This document shows positions 31,943-43,257 of a stretch of DNA of 64,000 bases, one piece after another. The position numbers and the translations under genes are program-made. Source of the DNA: an uncultured delta proteobacterium (GTDB lineage Bacteria > Desulfobacterota > RBG-13-43-22); assembly GCA_963790475.1 (NCBI GenBank), contig CAWBOS010000010.1, positions 96,001 through 160,000 on the forward strand. Direction: 5' to 3'. The notes under the pieces are model-generated. The model was not told where the DNA came from, searched no databases, and saw only the letters and a program-made list of their open reading frames with translations. Each line of letters begins with the position of its first letter. Position 1 is the first letter of the stretch.

Positions 31943-32923
31943 ATGAGCGCCTCTAAAGAATTAAACAAACGAATTCAAGTAGATATTGATAGAATCCATT
32001 ATTATCTCCGGGAGAATCTAAAATCTCATGTCCCTTTAATCGCAGAGATCAATCAACATATTCTTCTAAGCGGCGGGAAAAGACTCCGGGCCTTGCTCTT
32101 TATCCTCTGTTCCAGGCTCTGCGGATTTTCGGGGGGTGAAAAGGCCTATTATTTTTCTTCTATTTTTGAATACCTCCATGCCGCCACCCTGCTTCACGAT
32201 GATGTTATTGACAATGCCACTGTCAGGAGAGGCAAGGCTTCGGCTAATACCCTTTGGGGTAATTCAGCCTCGGTTTTAGTTGGTGATTTTCTGCTGGCAA
32301 AATCCTTCGCTCTGGCAGTAGAAACCGAAAACCTTCAGTTCTTGGATGTCCTTTCCCGGACAACAACCCTGATGGCCGAAGGCATGGTTTTGGAATTGGT
32401 TGAAAGCCACAATCTGGAGGTGTCTGAGGAGACCTACCGGGAGATATTGATCAATAAAACGGCTATTCTTATCTCTGCCGCTTGTCAGACCGGGGGTATT
32501 TGGGGCCAGGCCGGACTTGAGGAACAGGCGGCCCTGGCCGAATACGGCTTGGAATTGGGGATAGCCTTTCAACTGGTCGATGATCTTCTGGATTATACGG
32601 GTACCCAGGATGAATTCGGCAAACCGGTGGGCAATGATTTTAAAGAAGGGAAGATCACCTTGCCCTTGATCCATACCTTGAAGGTTTGTTCGGATAAAAA
32701 TAAAAACAAAATTGAAGAGATTTCTAAAAAAGATCAATTTATGGATGAAGATTTTCGATTTCTTCTTGACCTGATCAAAGGGCATGGCGGGTTTGAGTAT
32801 GCCTGGGGGCGAGCCTTAAATTCTAAAGAAAAGGCCAAAGGAATGCTTACTCGATTCAACTCTACAGAGGCTAAACAGACCCTGATCGATCTGGCTGATT
32901 TTGTGGTTGAACGGAAAAATTAA
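31943..32923 (+). CDS. ispB: Polyprenyl diphosphate synthase
   Basis: GGKRLR, LHDDVID..RRG, KTA, FQLVDDLLD, EGKITLP. Confidence 0.9.
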   Translation: MSASKELNKRIQVDIDRIHYYLRENLKSHVPLIAEINQHILLSGGKRLRALLFILCSRLCGFSGGEKAYYFSSIFEYLHAATLLHDDVIDNATVRRGKASANTLWGNSASVLVGDFLLAKSFALAVETENLQFLDVLSRTTTLMAEGMVLELVESHNLEVSEETYREILINKTAILISAACQTGGIWGQAGLEEQAALAEYGLELGIAFQLVDDLLDYTGTQDEFGKPVGNDFKEGKITLPLIHTLKVCSDKNKNKIEEISKKDQFMDEDFRFLLDLIKGHGGFEYAWGRALNSKEKAKGMLTRFNSTEAKQTLIDLADFVVERKN

Positions 32924-32969
32924 TCTATTTTTTAAAGTAAAAATAAAAAGATGACAGGGAAAATTAAGC

Positions 32970-33341
32970 ATGATTCGATATGAGTTGTCCCCGGAAATTG
33001 AGTCGAAATTAAGACGGATCACCCGCAAACTTAAGATGGACCATATTGATCTGGACCGGGTTAGAGGGGTGCGAAGTTACGGTTCCACCGGTAAAGGAAT
33101 CATCGCCAGGTGCCACGCCCTACCCAAGGTGATGCAACTGGCCCTGGGAATAGACGCCCATTATGTAATAGAAATATTAACTGAAAATTATGATCGCCTG
33201 TCCAAAGAAGAACAGATTAAAATTCTGATTCATGAACTGATGCATATTCCGGAAACATTTGGTGGGGGCTTCCGTATGCACAGCGACCATGTAACCCGAA
33301 AAAATGTTGAAAAGTTGTACAGGAAATTAATGGGCGAGTAA
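32970..33341 (+). CDS. Small putative HExxH metallopeptidase
   Basis: IIARCH..YVIE..LIHELMHIP..GG. Confidence 0.7.
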   Translation: MIRYELSPEIESKLRRITRKLKMDHIDLDRVRGVRSYGSTGKGIIARCHALPKVMQLALGIDAHYVIEILTENYDRLSKEEQIKILIHELMHIPETFGGGFRMHSDHVTRKNVEKLYRKLMGE

Positions 33342-33396
33342 CATTTTATTTGCTGGTCAGGTGAGATGTTGGAAAAATGGGGCATTTCCCAAGGTC

Positions 33397-33636
33397 TCAG
33401 TCTTCAGGTTCGGAGGCATCATATAGCAGATTGTTGACCATAGAATGCAGGATACCCGCCAAATAGATCTCATCGTTGATGTCTGAAGACAGGGAGTGAT
33501 AAACTCCTTCTTTATCCATATAAAAAACAATAAGTTCCTTTATATTCTCTTGCTCTTCACTTAACCTGTCCAGGATATCCACAACCTGCTTCTGGGTTCG
33601 GTCAATGTGAATCAGTTTTCCCTTTTTTTCAGACAT
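33397..33636 (-). CDS. Hypothetical protein
   Basis: 79-aa acidic ORF with RBS GAGGAG. Confidence 0.6.
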   Translation of the reverse strand: MSEKKGKLIHIDRTQKQVVDILDRLSEEQENIKELIVFYMDKEGVYHSLSSDINDEIYLAGILHSMVNNLLYDASEPED

Positions 33637-33718
33637 TCTAAGTACTCCTCAATAAGTATTTCTTATTTCTGAAGGCGGATTCCAATATGATTTCAGGGCA
33701 AAAATTCTCCGACCACAA

Positions 33719-34606
33719 TCATCCGGGAAAAAGTCTGAATTTGTCCACCATAAGTTCCGGATGATAAGAAAGCTTGGACTTTCGTAAGCCCTCGATCCCT
33801 AAGTCCTGTTCCCGATTGACAAAGGGGACATTAGCCCATTCCCGCTCTAAAAACTGTTGTTGGAGTATAGGATAAAGACCGGGAAGCTCCGGGTTGGCCT
33901 TTTCTATGTGTATAACCACGGTCTCCGGGTTTAGCAGTTCTCCCAGGGTGAAGGCTTCCACTTTGTTTCCGATCCGGATAACTCCGCCCTTATAACTCAA
34001 TAAATCATATTTTTTGATGGCCTCAGAAACAGCCTGATCCTCACTCAACAGATTGTGAGATTCAAGACATTTTTTCGAACGGCACCATTCCTCCTGGAGA
34101 TTGAGGCATTCGTCAACAAGGTCGATAGTCAGAGTGTGGTATTCCCAAGTGTGCTTTTTATTAAAACGGTTGATGTGGTTTTTCAAGGTATGATATTTAT
34201 TTCCGGAAAGATGGACCAGCTTATTGATCCGGTAAACATAATCGCTGTTATCCCGATCCAGAACAACTTTTAAATCAGGAAAGTCAGGGAGTTCTTTGAC
34301 GACCGATTCAGGAAGACGTTCGAAGGAAGGGGGAAGCCCTTGATCTTTAAAATAGGTCAGGCAATCGATGACCCAGGACGCCGTATCCCCTTTTCCTATA
34401 GGGGGAAAGAAAAAAGGGGCGGCTCCCTTAGGCTGGGCCAACAGGGTTATGAACCCCTGATGGAGGGCTACCTTAAATTGATAATAATACCTCCAGATAT
34501 AAAGATTGGTAAAGGTCAACTCAGAAATAACCGGGGGGTTTTGTTGAAGATTCTCCTCGATTTCCTGTTTGTGGTCGAGAGAAAGAGGGGTAAAGTTCAA
34601 TTGCAT
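33719..34606 (-). CDS. DUF2156 (aminoacyl-PG synthase catalytic-like) protein
   Basis: TFTNLYIW, DYVY, LSGNKYH..KNH, HIEKA, NREQDLG..GLRKSKLSYHP. Confidence 0.9.
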   Translation of the reverse strand: MQLNFTPLSLDHKQEIEENLQQNPPVISELTFTNLYIWRYYYQFKVALHQGFITLLAQPKGAAPFFFPPIGKGDTASWVIDCLTYFKDQGLPPSFERLPESVVKELPDFPDLKVVLDRDNSDYVYRINKLVHLSGNKYHTLKNHINRFNKKHTWEYHTLTIDLVDECLNLQEEWCRSKKCLESHNLLSEDQAVSEAIKKYDLLSYKGGVIRIGNKVEAFTLGELLNPETVVIHIEKANPELPGLYPILQQQFLEREWANVPFVNREQDLGIEGLRKSKLSYHPELMVDKFRLFPG

Positions 34607-34675
34607 GGCGAGTTCGATTTTGAATGTTTAAATATTAGATTCATTTTATATTTTAAGTAATTCATTTTAATCCTT

Positions 34676-35560
34676 TTATTGTTTACTCTTTCTTGTCTTT
34701 CCGAAAGGCCGATCCAGACCTTTCAAAGCCTTAAGATCCTCAACAATTTGATAGGGGATCTTTAAATCCCCTTTCCCGGTAAGGAGGTCCACATCTTTTT
34801 TGATGTCCCCGTGATAATCAGTACCCCCAGTGTAAATAAGATTTAACTCTTTGGCCAGTGAAAAATAATCGCCTGTCTGATTGGGCGTATGCTCGGAATA
34901 AAGGACCTCGATCCCTTTGAGCCCACTATTTTTTAATTTTTGGATTAATCTTTTTAGATCCCTTAACGATGGATAATTTAAAGTGAAAGGATGAGCCAGA
35001 ACCGGGATCCCTCCGGCCTGAGTAATCAAAGAAATAGCCTCAGAGGGAGAAAACCGGAATTTTTCCACATAGGCCTGAGCCCCTTTAGCTAAATATTTTT
35101 GAAAAGCTTCTTCGAAAGAGGAGACCGCCCCCATCTGAAAAAGGACCCGGGCAATGTGAGGCCGGCCCATCTGGCCAGTGGCCAGGGCCTGGACTTGATC
35201 AAAGGAAATGGGAATACCCAGGGACTGAAGCTTGCTGATGATCTTCGGATTTCTTTCCCTCCGGGCCTCTTGGAGCCGTAGAAGTTCTCGATTCAAATTC
35301 AGGTCTGAAGGATCAATATAATAACCCAGCAGGTGCATCGTCCCTCCGGGGTATTGGGCACTGATCTCCAAACCCGGTATGACCTCAAGCCCTATTTCTT
35401 TGCCGGCGACCAAGGCCGTTTCCAATCCGTCGATGGTATCATGATCGGTCAAAGAAACGGCCGCAGCCCCCTTTCTTCTGGCATAGGCCATCAGGTCTCC
35501 GGGCGAAAGGCTGCCATCAGAAGCGGTGGAATGGATGTGGAGGTCGATCAGCTTTTCCAC
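34676..35560 (-). CDS. PHP-domain phosphoesterase
   Basis: DLHIHSTASDG, TDHD, GRPHIA, LAHP, GGTDYHG. Confidence 0.92.
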   Translation of the reverse strand: MEKLIDLHIHSTASDGSLSPGDLMAYARRKGAAAVSLTDHDTIDGLETALVAGKEIGLEVIPGLEISAQYPGGTMHLLGYYIDPSDLNLNRELLRLQEARRERNPKIISKLQSLGIPISFDQVQALATGQMGRPHIARVLFQMGAVSSFEEAFQKYLAKGAQAYVEKFRFSPSEAISLITQAGGIPVLAHPFTLNYPSLRDLKRLIQKLKNSGLKGIEVLYSEHTPNQTGDYFSLAKELNLIYTGGTDYHGDIKKDVDLLTGKGDLKIPYQIVEDLKALKGLDRPFGKTRKSKQ

Positions 35561-35587
35561 TTTGTTACCATTTTTGACTCTATCCCA

Positions 35588-35613
35588 CAATCCGAATTCC
35601 GAAATCCGCAATC
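35588..35613. repeat. Heptamer tandem repeat
   Basis: AATCCGA ATTCCGA AATCCGC AATC between lon and the PHP gene. Confidence 0.6.
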
Positions 35614-35619
35614 AAGAAA

Positions 35620-37992
35620 TTATCTCTTGCAGGCCCTGGATCTTTTACATAGGGCCAGGTCAATGACCTCATCCATTCGTTCCACAAAATGAAACTTCAG
35701 ACCTTTTTTCAGATGAGAGGGGATCTCTTCCAGGTCTTCTTCATTTTTCTTGGGCAGGATAACCGTCCTGATCCCGGCCCGCTTGGCTGCCAGAACCTTT
35801 TCCTTGATCCCCCCCACCGGAAGGACCAGACCACGCAGGGTGATCTCTCCGGTCATGGCCAGGTTCCCGCGTATTGGCCGGTCAGTCAACAAAGAAGTTA
35901 ACGCGGTCATAATGGCTATTCCGGCAGATGGCCCGTCTTTGGGGATGGCCCCGGCCGGGACATGGACATGGATGTCGTTCTTTTCATAAAAATCTTCCGG
36001 GATACCCAACTGCGCGGCTTTGGAGCGGATATAGCTGAGGGCCGCCCCGGCCGATTCTTTCATGACGTCTCCCAGTTGTCCGGTAAGGGTCAGGGTTCTC
36101 CGACCGGGCATTTTAGAGGCCTCGACAAAGAGAATGTCTCCCCCGGCTTGAGTCCAGGCCAGACCGGTGGCCACTCCGGGCTCTTGAGTTCTTTCGGCAA
36201 TTTCGGAAAAAAAGTGGACCGGACCTAAATATTGGTGCAGATCCTCCTCGGTTATTCTTTTAGTCTGGATTTTTCCCTCGGCCACCTCTTTGGCTACCCC
36301 TCGGCAGATGGAGGCTATTCCTCTTTCCAGATTACGCAGACCGGCCTCGCGGGTATAAGAGCGGATAATAATCTGAAGGGCCTTCTGGTCAAAACTGAGG
36401 ACCTTTTCGGACAGACCGTGTTCCTGCAGTTGTTTGGGGATGAGATGTTTCCGAGCGATTTGTATTTTTTCCTCCTCAATATAGCCGGACAAATCTAAAA
36501 CCTCCATCCGGTCCCGTAAGGCCGGGGGAATGGTGTCCAGGATATTGGCTGTGGTGATAAACATGACCTTGGAAAGGTCGAATTCAACCTCCAGATAGTG
36601 ATCGGAAAAAGTGGAGTTTTGTTCAGGATCCAGGACCTCCAAAAGGGCCGAAGAGGGGTCGCCTCGAAAATCTGCGCCCACCTTATCGATTTCATCCAGG
36701 ATAAAGACCGGATTGTTGGACCCGGCTTTTTTCAGGCCCTGGATGATCCGGCCGGGCAGGGCCCCAATATAAGTCCGCCTGTGTCCCCTGATTTCGGCCT
36801 CATCCCGAACCCCTCCGAGAGAAAGACGGACAAACTTCCTGCCCAGGGCCCGGGCGATGGAACGCCCCAAGGAGGTTTTGCCCGTGCCCGGAGGACCGAC
36901 AAAACAAAGGATAGGCCCCTTCATGTCCGGTTTAAGTTTCCGGACGGCCAGGTATTCCAATATCCTTTTCTTGACTTTTTCCAAATCAAAATGATCGTCG
37001 TCTAAAACCTTGGCCGCGGCCCCGATATCCAGGTTATCTTCGGTATGGGTCTGCCAGGGCAGTTCGGTCAGCCAGTCAAGAAAGGAGAGGGCAACCGTAT
37101 ATTCGGGTGAGGCGGAGTTCATGCGGGAAAGACGGTTCAATTCCCGTTCCGCTTCTTTGGCTGCGGCCGGCGATAAACCGCGCTCAATGATCTTTTTCCG
37201 GTACTCCTCAATCTCCAGAGATTTTTCGTCTTTTTCCCCTAACTCTTTTTGAATGGCCTTGAGTTGTTCCCGGAGGTAATATTCCCGTTGTGTTTTATCT
37301 ATTCCTTCCTTGACTTCAAACTGGATTTTTTTACCGAGTTCCAAAACTTCCAATTCTTTGGTCAGGATTACGGTTATCTTTTGGAGCCGTTGTCTGACCT
37401 CCAGGGTTTCCAGGATATCCTGCTTGTCTTCCTTCGGTATATTCAGAGTTGAGGTTATCATATCGGCCAGAGAGCCGGGATCTTCCACACTTTGGGCCAA
37501 AAGACCCAATTCGGAGGGAAGATAAGGGGATAACTCGAGTACTTTGATAAAAAGACCCCGGGCGCTGTTTAACAAGGCATCGGTTTCGATTCCCGACTCC
37601 AATTGATCTTTGAGGATTTCGATCCGGGCCCTGAAATAAGGGCTGGTGGAGGTGATTTCCTCAATTTTAAAGCGGGAGAGGCCCTGGACCATAAGCCGGA
37701 CCCCTCCTTCGGGGACTTTGGCCATCTTCAAAATGGAGCCTACGGTCCCATAAGTATACAGGTCCTCGGTCGTTATAGGATCTTTGCCTTTACCTTGAAT
37801 CATGACCAGACCGATCAGGTGGTCTTTCATCAGGGCATCGTCCACTAATTGGACCCAGTTTTTTTCCCAGACCATCAGAGGCATGACCATTTTGGGAAAC
37901 AAGGCTACATCAAGAACGGGTAAAATAGGAATTTCTTCCGGTATGGTCAATACCTGAGTTTGAAGGGGTAAAGAAGTTTCGTTGATTTCCAT
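35620..37992 (-). CDS. lon: ATP-dependent protease La
   Basis: [40 protein letters not shown]. Confidence 0.98.
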   Translation of the reverse strand: MEINETSLPLQTQVLTIPEEIPILPVLDVALFPKMVMPLMVWEKNWVQLVDDALMKDHLIGLVMIQGKGKDPITTEDLYTYGTVGSILKMAKVPEGGVRLMVQGLSRFKIEEITSTSPYFRARIEILKDQLESGIETDALLNSARGLFIKVLELSPYLPSELGLLAQSVEDPGSLADMITSTLNIPKEDKQDILETLEVRQRLQKITVILTKELEVLELGKKIQFEVKEGIDKTQREYYLREQLKAIQKELGEKDEKSLEIEEYRKKIIERGLSPAAAKEAERELNRLSRMNSASPEYTVALSFLDWLTELPWQTHTEDNLDIGAAAKVLDDDHFDLEKVKKRILEYLAVRKLKPDMKGPILCFVGPPGTGKTSLGRSIARALGRKFVRLSLGGVRDEAEIRGHRRTYIGALPGRIIQGLKKAGSNNPVFILDEIDKVGADFRGDPSSALLEVLDPEQNSTFSDHYLEVEFDLSKVMFITTANILDTIPPALRDRMEVLDLSGYIEEEKIQIARKHLIPKQLQEHGLSEKVLSFDQKALQIIIRSYTREAGLRNLERGIASICRGVAKEVAEGKIQTKRITEEDLHQYLGPVHFFSEIAERTQEPGVATGLAWTQAGGDILFVEASKMPGRRTLTLTGQLGDVMKESAGAALSYIRSKAAQLGIPEDFYEKNDIHVHVPAGAIPKDGPSAGIAIMTALTSLLTDRPIRGNLAMTGEITLRGLVLPVGGIKEKVLAAKRAGIRTVILPKKNEEDLEEIPSHLKKGLKFHFVERMDEVIDLALCKRSRACKR

Positions 37993-38023
37993 GGACTTCT
38001 CCTTTTATATTTAAGACCGAAAT

Positions 38024-38446
38024 CTATTCGGATTTAATGGGAATTGTTTTCTTTTGGGAAAGCTTTTTTGGCAAGACCACGGTAAGCAGTCCGTCTTTGT
38101 ATTGGGCCTCGATCCGCGATTCTTCAACCAGAACGGGTAACTCAAAGGACCGTTCAAAAGAGCCATACTCGATTTCCATTTGAAGATAACGAACAGCATT
38201 GGCCATTGGGAGCCGCTGTCTTTTCCCGGCCAGATAGACCAGGTTCCTTTTAACCGTAACCTGTATCTCGTCTTTTTTTAAACCCGAAACCTCGGCGATT
38301 ATCATAAAGGCCTCAGGGGTTTCGAGTACATCAATCTGTGGAGACCAGATTCTTTGGTCAAGTAAAAAACGGGGACTGAGTTGATAGAGCATATCATCCA
38401 TCAAACGCCTCATTTGACCATGAAGTTGGGATAAGTCGCTTACCAC
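38024..38446 (-). CDS. Hsp20 small heat shock protein
   Basis: PQIDV.E, EIEYGSFERSF.LP, AQYKDGLL. Confidence 0.92.
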   Translation of the reverse strand: MVSDLSQLHGQMRRLMDDMLYQLSPRFLLDQRIWSPQIDVLETPEAFMIIAEVSGLKKDEIQVTVKRNLVYLAGKRQRLPMANAVRYLQMEIEYGSFERSFELPVLVEESRIEAQYKDGLLTVVLPKKLSQKKTIPIKSE

Positions 38447-38718
38447 CTTGGATCCTCCTTTCTCTTCTAAGAACGATTATTTTGAAGAGCTGCTCTTTAT
38501 GTCAAAAACTATATGAAGTCTTATTATAAGGATTGTAAAGGCTTTTGTAAAGGAGAGGGTTAATAATTTTTGGCTTGACAGGGTCCGAGGGAGGTGGGAG
38601 ATTTGGATGCAGGCAAGAGGCATGACGTTCTTAATAATACCTACTTTGAGTATTCGACACAATTTTGAATTTTGATTCCTGGATTCCTGAGGATAATTTT
38701 AAAATTGAAAGCCAATCC

Positions 38719-40635
38719 ATGAAACAGATTATTCTCGGTACTGCCGGACATATCGATCACGGCAAGACCAGCTTAGTTAAGGCCATGACCGGGATAGATA
38801 CCGACCGCCTTAAAGAGGAAAAAGAGCGGGGAATCACCATCGAACTGGGATTTGCCTATTTGGATCTTCCTAATGGCCAGCGTCTGGGAATTATCGATGT
38901 CCCCGGGCATGAACGTTTTATCAAAAATATGGTGGCCGGAGCCAGTACCATCGACCTGGTGGCCTTGATTATTGCCGCCGATGAAGGGGTCATGCCCCAA
39001 ACCAGGGAGCATTTGGATATTTGCACCCTCCTGGGTATTAAAAAAGGTCTGGTGGCCTTGACCAAAATCGACTTAGTCGAAGAAGATTGGCTGGATCTGG
39101 TTCAGGAGGATATCAAGGAATTCTTGAAGGGGACCTTTCTGGAAGGAGCTCCGATCCTTCCGGTCTCATCGGTTACCGGCCAGGGAATTTCTGAATTGAC
39201 GGTAGTCCTGGAAAGGCTTTCGGGCGAGGTAGAGGAACGTTCTTCTGCCGGCATCTTCCGGCTGCCGGTGGACCGGGTCTTTTCCATGCGCGGGTTTGGT
39301 ACGGTGATTACTGGTACGACCATGTCCGGCAGCCTGTCCGTGGGGGAGCAGGTTTATATTTATCCCCAGGAGATCCAGGCCAAGGTCCGCGGGATTCAGG
39401 TCCACAATCAGGATACTGAACAGGTCCGGGCCGGTCTGCGCACAGCCATTAATCTGCAAGGAATTGAAAAGGCCACTGTAAACCGGGGGGATGTGGTTGC
39501 CTCTCCTCTGAGTTTGTATCCGACCCGATTGTTGGATATCCAGGTGCGCTTACTGAAATCCATTCCCAGACCCTTAAAAAACAGGAGTCAGATACGTTTT
39601 CACAGCGGGACGAACGAAATCCTGGGCCGGGTTATCCTTCTGGAAAGCGAAGAAATAAAACCTGGCGAATCCCAGTTCTGCCAGATACGTTTCGGCGAAC
39701 CGGTGGCCTTGTTGCCCGGAGACCTGGCCGTAATTCGCAGCTATTCGCCGGTCCAGACCATTGGCGGAGCTGAGGTTTTGAATGTGAAACCGGGCAAGCA
39801 TAAACGTTTCAATCCCGAAGTGATTCATCAACTCCAGGTCCTTAAATCCGGCAGCGATTCGGAAAAAGTAGCCCTGCAAGTCCTCCAGAGCGGGGCAACC
39901 GGGGTGTCCCGGAAGAATTTGGGACAGGTCCTGCCCCTTCCCCCGAAAAAGTTGGATGACCTGCTCAAAGAGCTCCTTTTCCAGAAGGTGCTCGTTCAAT
40001 GGGACAAGGAAAATAAAATCATTATCCATCAACAGGAGTTGTTCAAGCTGAGCCAGGCGACCCGGTCGGAATTGGAAGGATATCATAAAGCCAATCCCTT
40101 AAAGTCCGGATTGTTTAAGGAAGAATTAAAATCCCGTCTGCCTCAAATTCGAGAGGCCAAACTTTTTAATTTTGTTTTAAATCAACTGGCCGAGCAGAAT
40201 ATTTTGGTTCAGGAAAAGGAACTGGTTCGACTGACAGACCATAAGGTGCAGTTAAAGGAAGACCAACAGGCGGTCCGGGATTCGCTGGAAAAGGTCTATC
40301 TAACCAGCGGCCTCCAACCTCCCTATTTCAAAGAACTGGCTGAAAAATTCGCCAAAGGGCAACCCCGGCAGGTTTTGGAATTGATGGTCAAGGAAGGAAA
40401 ATTAGTCAAGGTTAAAGAGGACCTTTATTTTCACAAACAGGCCATCGAAGATCTCAAAAGAAACCTGATCCAGTGGCTGAAGGAAAAAGGAGAAATCACT
40501 ACCCCGGAATTTAAAGATATGACCCAGACTTCGCGGAAATATACTATCCCTTTATTGGAGTATTTTGATGCTCTTCAGGTGACCATGCGGGTCGAGGACA
40601 AGCGGCTCCTTCGGGAGAGTAAGAAGTCGGTTTGA
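38719..40635 (+). CDS. selB: Selenocysteine-specific elongation factor
   Basis: [32 protein letters not shown]; C-terminal winged helix [13 protein letters not shown]. Confidence 0.97.
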   Translation: MKQIILGTAGHIDHGKTSLVKAMTGIDTDRLKEEKERGITIELGFAYLDLPNGQRLGIIDVPGHERFIKNMVAGASTIDLVALIIAADEGVMPQTREHLDICTLLGIKKGLVALTKIDLVEEDWLDLVQEDIKEFLKGTFLEGAPILPVSSVTGQGISELTVVLERLSGEVEERSSAGIFRLPVDRVFSMRGFGTVITGTTMSGSLSVGEQVYIYPQEIQAKVRGIQVHNQDTEQVRAGLRTAINLQGIEKATVNRGDVVASPLSLYPTRLLDIQVRLLKSIPRPLKNRSQIRFHSGTNEILGRVILLESEEIKPGESQFCQIRFGEPVALLPGDLAVIRSYSPVQTIGGAEVLNVKPGKHKRFNPEVIHQLQVLKSGSDSEKVALQVLQSGATGVSRKNLGQVLPLPPKKLDDLLKELLFQKVLVQWDKENKIIIHQQELFKLSQATRSELEGYHKANPLKSGLFKEELKSRLPQIREAKLFNFVLNQLAEQNILVQEKELVRLTDHKVQLKEDQQAVRDSLEKVYLTSGLQPPYFKELAEKFAKGQPRQVLELMVKEGKLVKVKEDLYFHKQAIEDLKRNLIQWLKEKGEITTPEFKDMTQTSRKYTIPLLEYFDALQVTMRVEDKRLLRESKKSV

Positions 40636-40842
40636 TTTCAAGCCGGATATCATTTAGCACTCTTCTTTTTAACCCTATAGAATTTTTCCGTGAGCCAAAG
40701 AAGACCCGTCGCATCAAATAAGACCCCATAGTCCCTTTTCCCTTTTGCTCAGACTACCCGGAATCACCGGACACATCAGACCGATGATTTTATTCGTCGA
40801 AATAGGTCTGTGGCCAGATAAATACTTCGAATTAAATATCCC

Positions 40843-40872
40843 TTGACTTACCCTATCCAAAAAAAATAGTAT
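40843..40872 (+). promoter_or_regulatory. Putative sigma70 promoter
   Basis: TTGACT-18nt-TAGTAT upstream of the CMD gene. Confidence 0.45.
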
Positions 40873-40904
40873 TCCTCCCAACAAAAAATGATAGGGAGGA
40901 ATGT

Positions 40905-41465
40905 ATGCGGCTTAAAGAACCCCGGGTGAAACCTTTGCCTGAATCGGAATGGACTGAAGAACAAAAAACGCTTCTTGAATATTATCGAAGAAAGTCCGGC
41001 AAGATATACAATATTTTTCTGACCCAGGCCCGACATCCTGAATTGATGAAAAAATGGAGGACCTTTTCCGATTATATCCTAAACCAAACCAGCCTTCCTG
41101 AAAGGGACCGCGAAATCCTGATATTACGTACCGGCTGGCTTTGCCAGTCGGAGTACGAGTTTGGACAGCATACCCGCATTGGAGAGAAGGCTGGGTTAAA
41201 ACCGGAGGAGATTGTAGAAATTACTAAAGGCCCCGATGCCCCGGGGTGGAGCCCTTTCGACTCTGCCCTGCTGCGGGCCGCGGATGAACTCCATGCCGAT
41301 GCCTTCATCTCCGATGTCACCTGGGATGTGCTGTCCAAGCGATACGACGAAAAGCAAATGGTGGATCTAGTCCTGACCGTAGGACAATATACCATGGTCT
41401 CCATGTTTCTGAATACCTGCGGCGTTCAGCTGGACCCCAAATTGGTCGGTTATCCTAAAGCCTGA
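40905..41465 (+). CDS. Carboxymuconolactone decarboxylase/AhpD-like protein
   Basis: NIF.T.ARHP, REILILRTGWLCQSEYEFGQH, LLRAADELH, TVGQY. Confidence 0.88.
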   Translation: MRLKEPRVKPLPESEWTEEQKTLLEYYRRKSGKIYNIFLTQARHPELMKKWRTFSDYILNQTSLPERDREILILRTGWLCQSEYEFGQHTRIGEKAGLKPEEIVEITKGPDAPGWSPFDSALLRAADELHADAFISDVTWDVLSKRYDEKQMVDLVLTVGQYTMVSMFLNTCGVQLDPKLVGYPKA

Positions 41466-41478
41466 AGAGAACAATTCC

Positions 41479-41703
41479 ATGACGCCGATAATTATCTATG
41501 GAAAAGACGGCTGACCTTTTACCCGAAAGGCCCGTGAGACCTATCAGGCCCAAGGAAGAGAAATCTTATATTACAATCTTCCGGACCATCCGGAAAAGAT
41601 CGCAGAGTTCCTTTTATTTTCTCCGGATCGAAAGGTTCCGGTGGTCGTGGAAAATGGCCAGGCGATCATCGGATACGGGGGGACATGAAGGATAAAAAAT
41701 TAG
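41479..41703 (+). CDS. Glutaredoxin-like selenoprotein with two Sec codons (UXX-star-like; absent from ORF track)
   Basis: MTPIIIYGKDG-U-PFTRKARE...RKVPVVVENGQAIIGYGGT-U-RIKN*; TGA at 41512 and 41686 in frame, TAG at 41701. Confidence 0.85.
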
Positions 41704-41717
41704 GCCGGGTCCGGTTT
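41702..41717 (+). promoter_or_regulatory. Putative SECIS hairpin overlapping and following the stop codon
   Basis: AGGCCG-GGUC-CGGUUU, 13 nt after the second UGA; GGUC loop as in the E. coli fdhF SECIS. Confidence 0.65.
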
Positions 41718-41972
41718 TAAAATCAACCGCCGTTTCGCTGTTTATCGCAATGGCTTCACCAGGATGACAAGATTGTTCGGACGACAAGCGGTTATTTTTG
41801 GGAGACGGGACAGGGATGTTTTCCTGGGCGAAGGACCTGCAAATAGTCGGGATTGAGATCGGGCAGGGGAAGGGTCTTCCTTAAAAATTCGGATTACCAA
41901 TCTAAATTTTCAAGGGGCACTGGGGAGAAGAAGGCTATGGATTGAACGGGAAAAAATTAGATTGTTTTATGT

Positions 41973-42446
41973 TCAGGTGACGTTGATATCGACAATTTCC
42001 AGGAGCCTCAATCCTCCCGGCGTTTTAACCTGAATTTCGTCCCCCGGTTCTTTTCCGATCAAGGCCCGGCCCAATGGAGAAAGGACGGAGATATCTCCAT
42101 CGTCGGCATTGGATTCATCCGGTCCGACCAGTCGGATTTTAAATTCATTGCCGGTATCCAAGTCGTTTAGAAGAACGGATGTGCCGAAGACGACCCGGTC
42201 TTCCGGCAAATCGGATATATCAATGATTTCGGAGACGGCGATCTTGGAGTGGAGTTCCGCTATCCGGCCCTCGATAAAACCCTGGCGTTCCTTGGCGGCG
42301 TGATATTCCGCATTTTCCGAAATATCCCCGTGAGACCGGGCCTCGGCGATGGCCTTGATAACCGCCGGCCGTTCGTCCCTTTCCAGTCGTTTTAGCTCTT
42401 CCCGAAGTCTTTCCAGCCCTTCCTTGGTAATCGGCGTCCGATCCAT
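41973..42446 (-). CDS. greA: Transcription elongation factor GreA
   Basis: ARSHGDISENAEYHAAKE, ISVLSPLGRALIG. Confidence 0.97.
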   Translation of the reverse strand: MDRTPITKEGLERLREELKRLERDERPAVIKAIAEARSHGDISENAEYHAAKERQGFIEGRIAELHSKIAVSEIIDISDLPEDRVVFGTSVLLNDLDTGNEFKIRLVGPDESNADDGDISVLSPLGRALIGKEPGDEIQVKTPGGLRLLEIVDINVT

Positions 42447-42659
42447 GCTACTTTTTCCTTTCAAACAAACTACCCCCGGAGAAGCTTCCATCCGAGGGTT
42501 TAAACATATTAGCAAAACAAGGGTCATAGTGCAAGAATATTATGTCATAACCCTTGATGTTGAAAGAGCCGAGGATACTGAAGCGTGGAAAGGCGGCAAG
42601 GAGAAGAAGTCCGGAGAATAAGGGGGGGGACGGCTGCAATGTCTCTTTACAAGGTCAAT

Positions 42660-43247
42660 TTAATTCTTAAAGAGCGTCTTGCTTTCTCTATGCAGCCTCA
42701 CATGATAGGGGAAAGAGCCTATCAGTATTTCCATCTCCGCAGCCTCCCGTACGGAAAGGCCATCTGCACCGAGTTTCCGACCATAGTATCCGTTGGCCAC
42801 CACTGTTGCAGCAGGCCCTATCCATTGCACGAGGTCCTTTGCGTTCCCGGCTTGCAGATACATACTGATGTCGTTGATGAAAAGGATGTCCTTTCCTGTG
42901 CGCCGAAACTCGTCAAAGAGGGGATCGATTTTTCCCCTGTTTTCCCGGGCCTTCATGACGGCCTCTTCGTCGGTCTTCGATGTCAGCCGGGGAGGTCTGA
43001 GTATTGCAGTCAGATAGACCACATCCGTCCATCCGGCAGCCATCAGCTTTCCTCCTACCCCTTTGATGCCCCTCTGTAAGGCAATCTCTTTAGGAATCTC
43101 CGGCGCCATATCTACAATCACGATTCGGGATGAGAGGCCGCGACTGCATAATCCTTCCATGATGTTTCTCGCCAGCGTCGTTTTCCCTGTGTTCACATCC
43201 CCGGTGATCAGTATCTGCTTGCCAAGCACATCCTTTGGCTCTGCCAT
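42660..43247 (-). CDS. Uncharacterised P-loop NTPase-like protein
   Basis: ILITGDVNTGKT, LFIND; RBS AGGAGG. Confidence 0.7.
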   Translation of the reverse strand: MAEPKDVLGKQILITGDVNTGKTTLARNIMEGLCSRGLSSRIVIVDMAPEIPKEIALQRGIKGVGGKLMAAGWTDVVYLTAILRPPRLTSKTDEEAVMKARENRGKIDPLFDEFRRTGKDILFINDISMYLQAGNAKDLVQWIGPAATVVANGYYGRKLGADGLSVREAAEMEILIGSFPYHVRLHRESKTLFKN

Positions 43248-43257
43248 AGACACCTCC

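Noticed and set aside
38460-38718. Possible selC (tRNA-Sec) upstream of selB
   Set aside because: No cloverleaf or UCA anticodon arm found
41498-41695. 65-aa ORF-track call
   Set aside because: Alternative frame over the selenoprotein gene; the UGA-containing frame carries the glutaredoxin motifs
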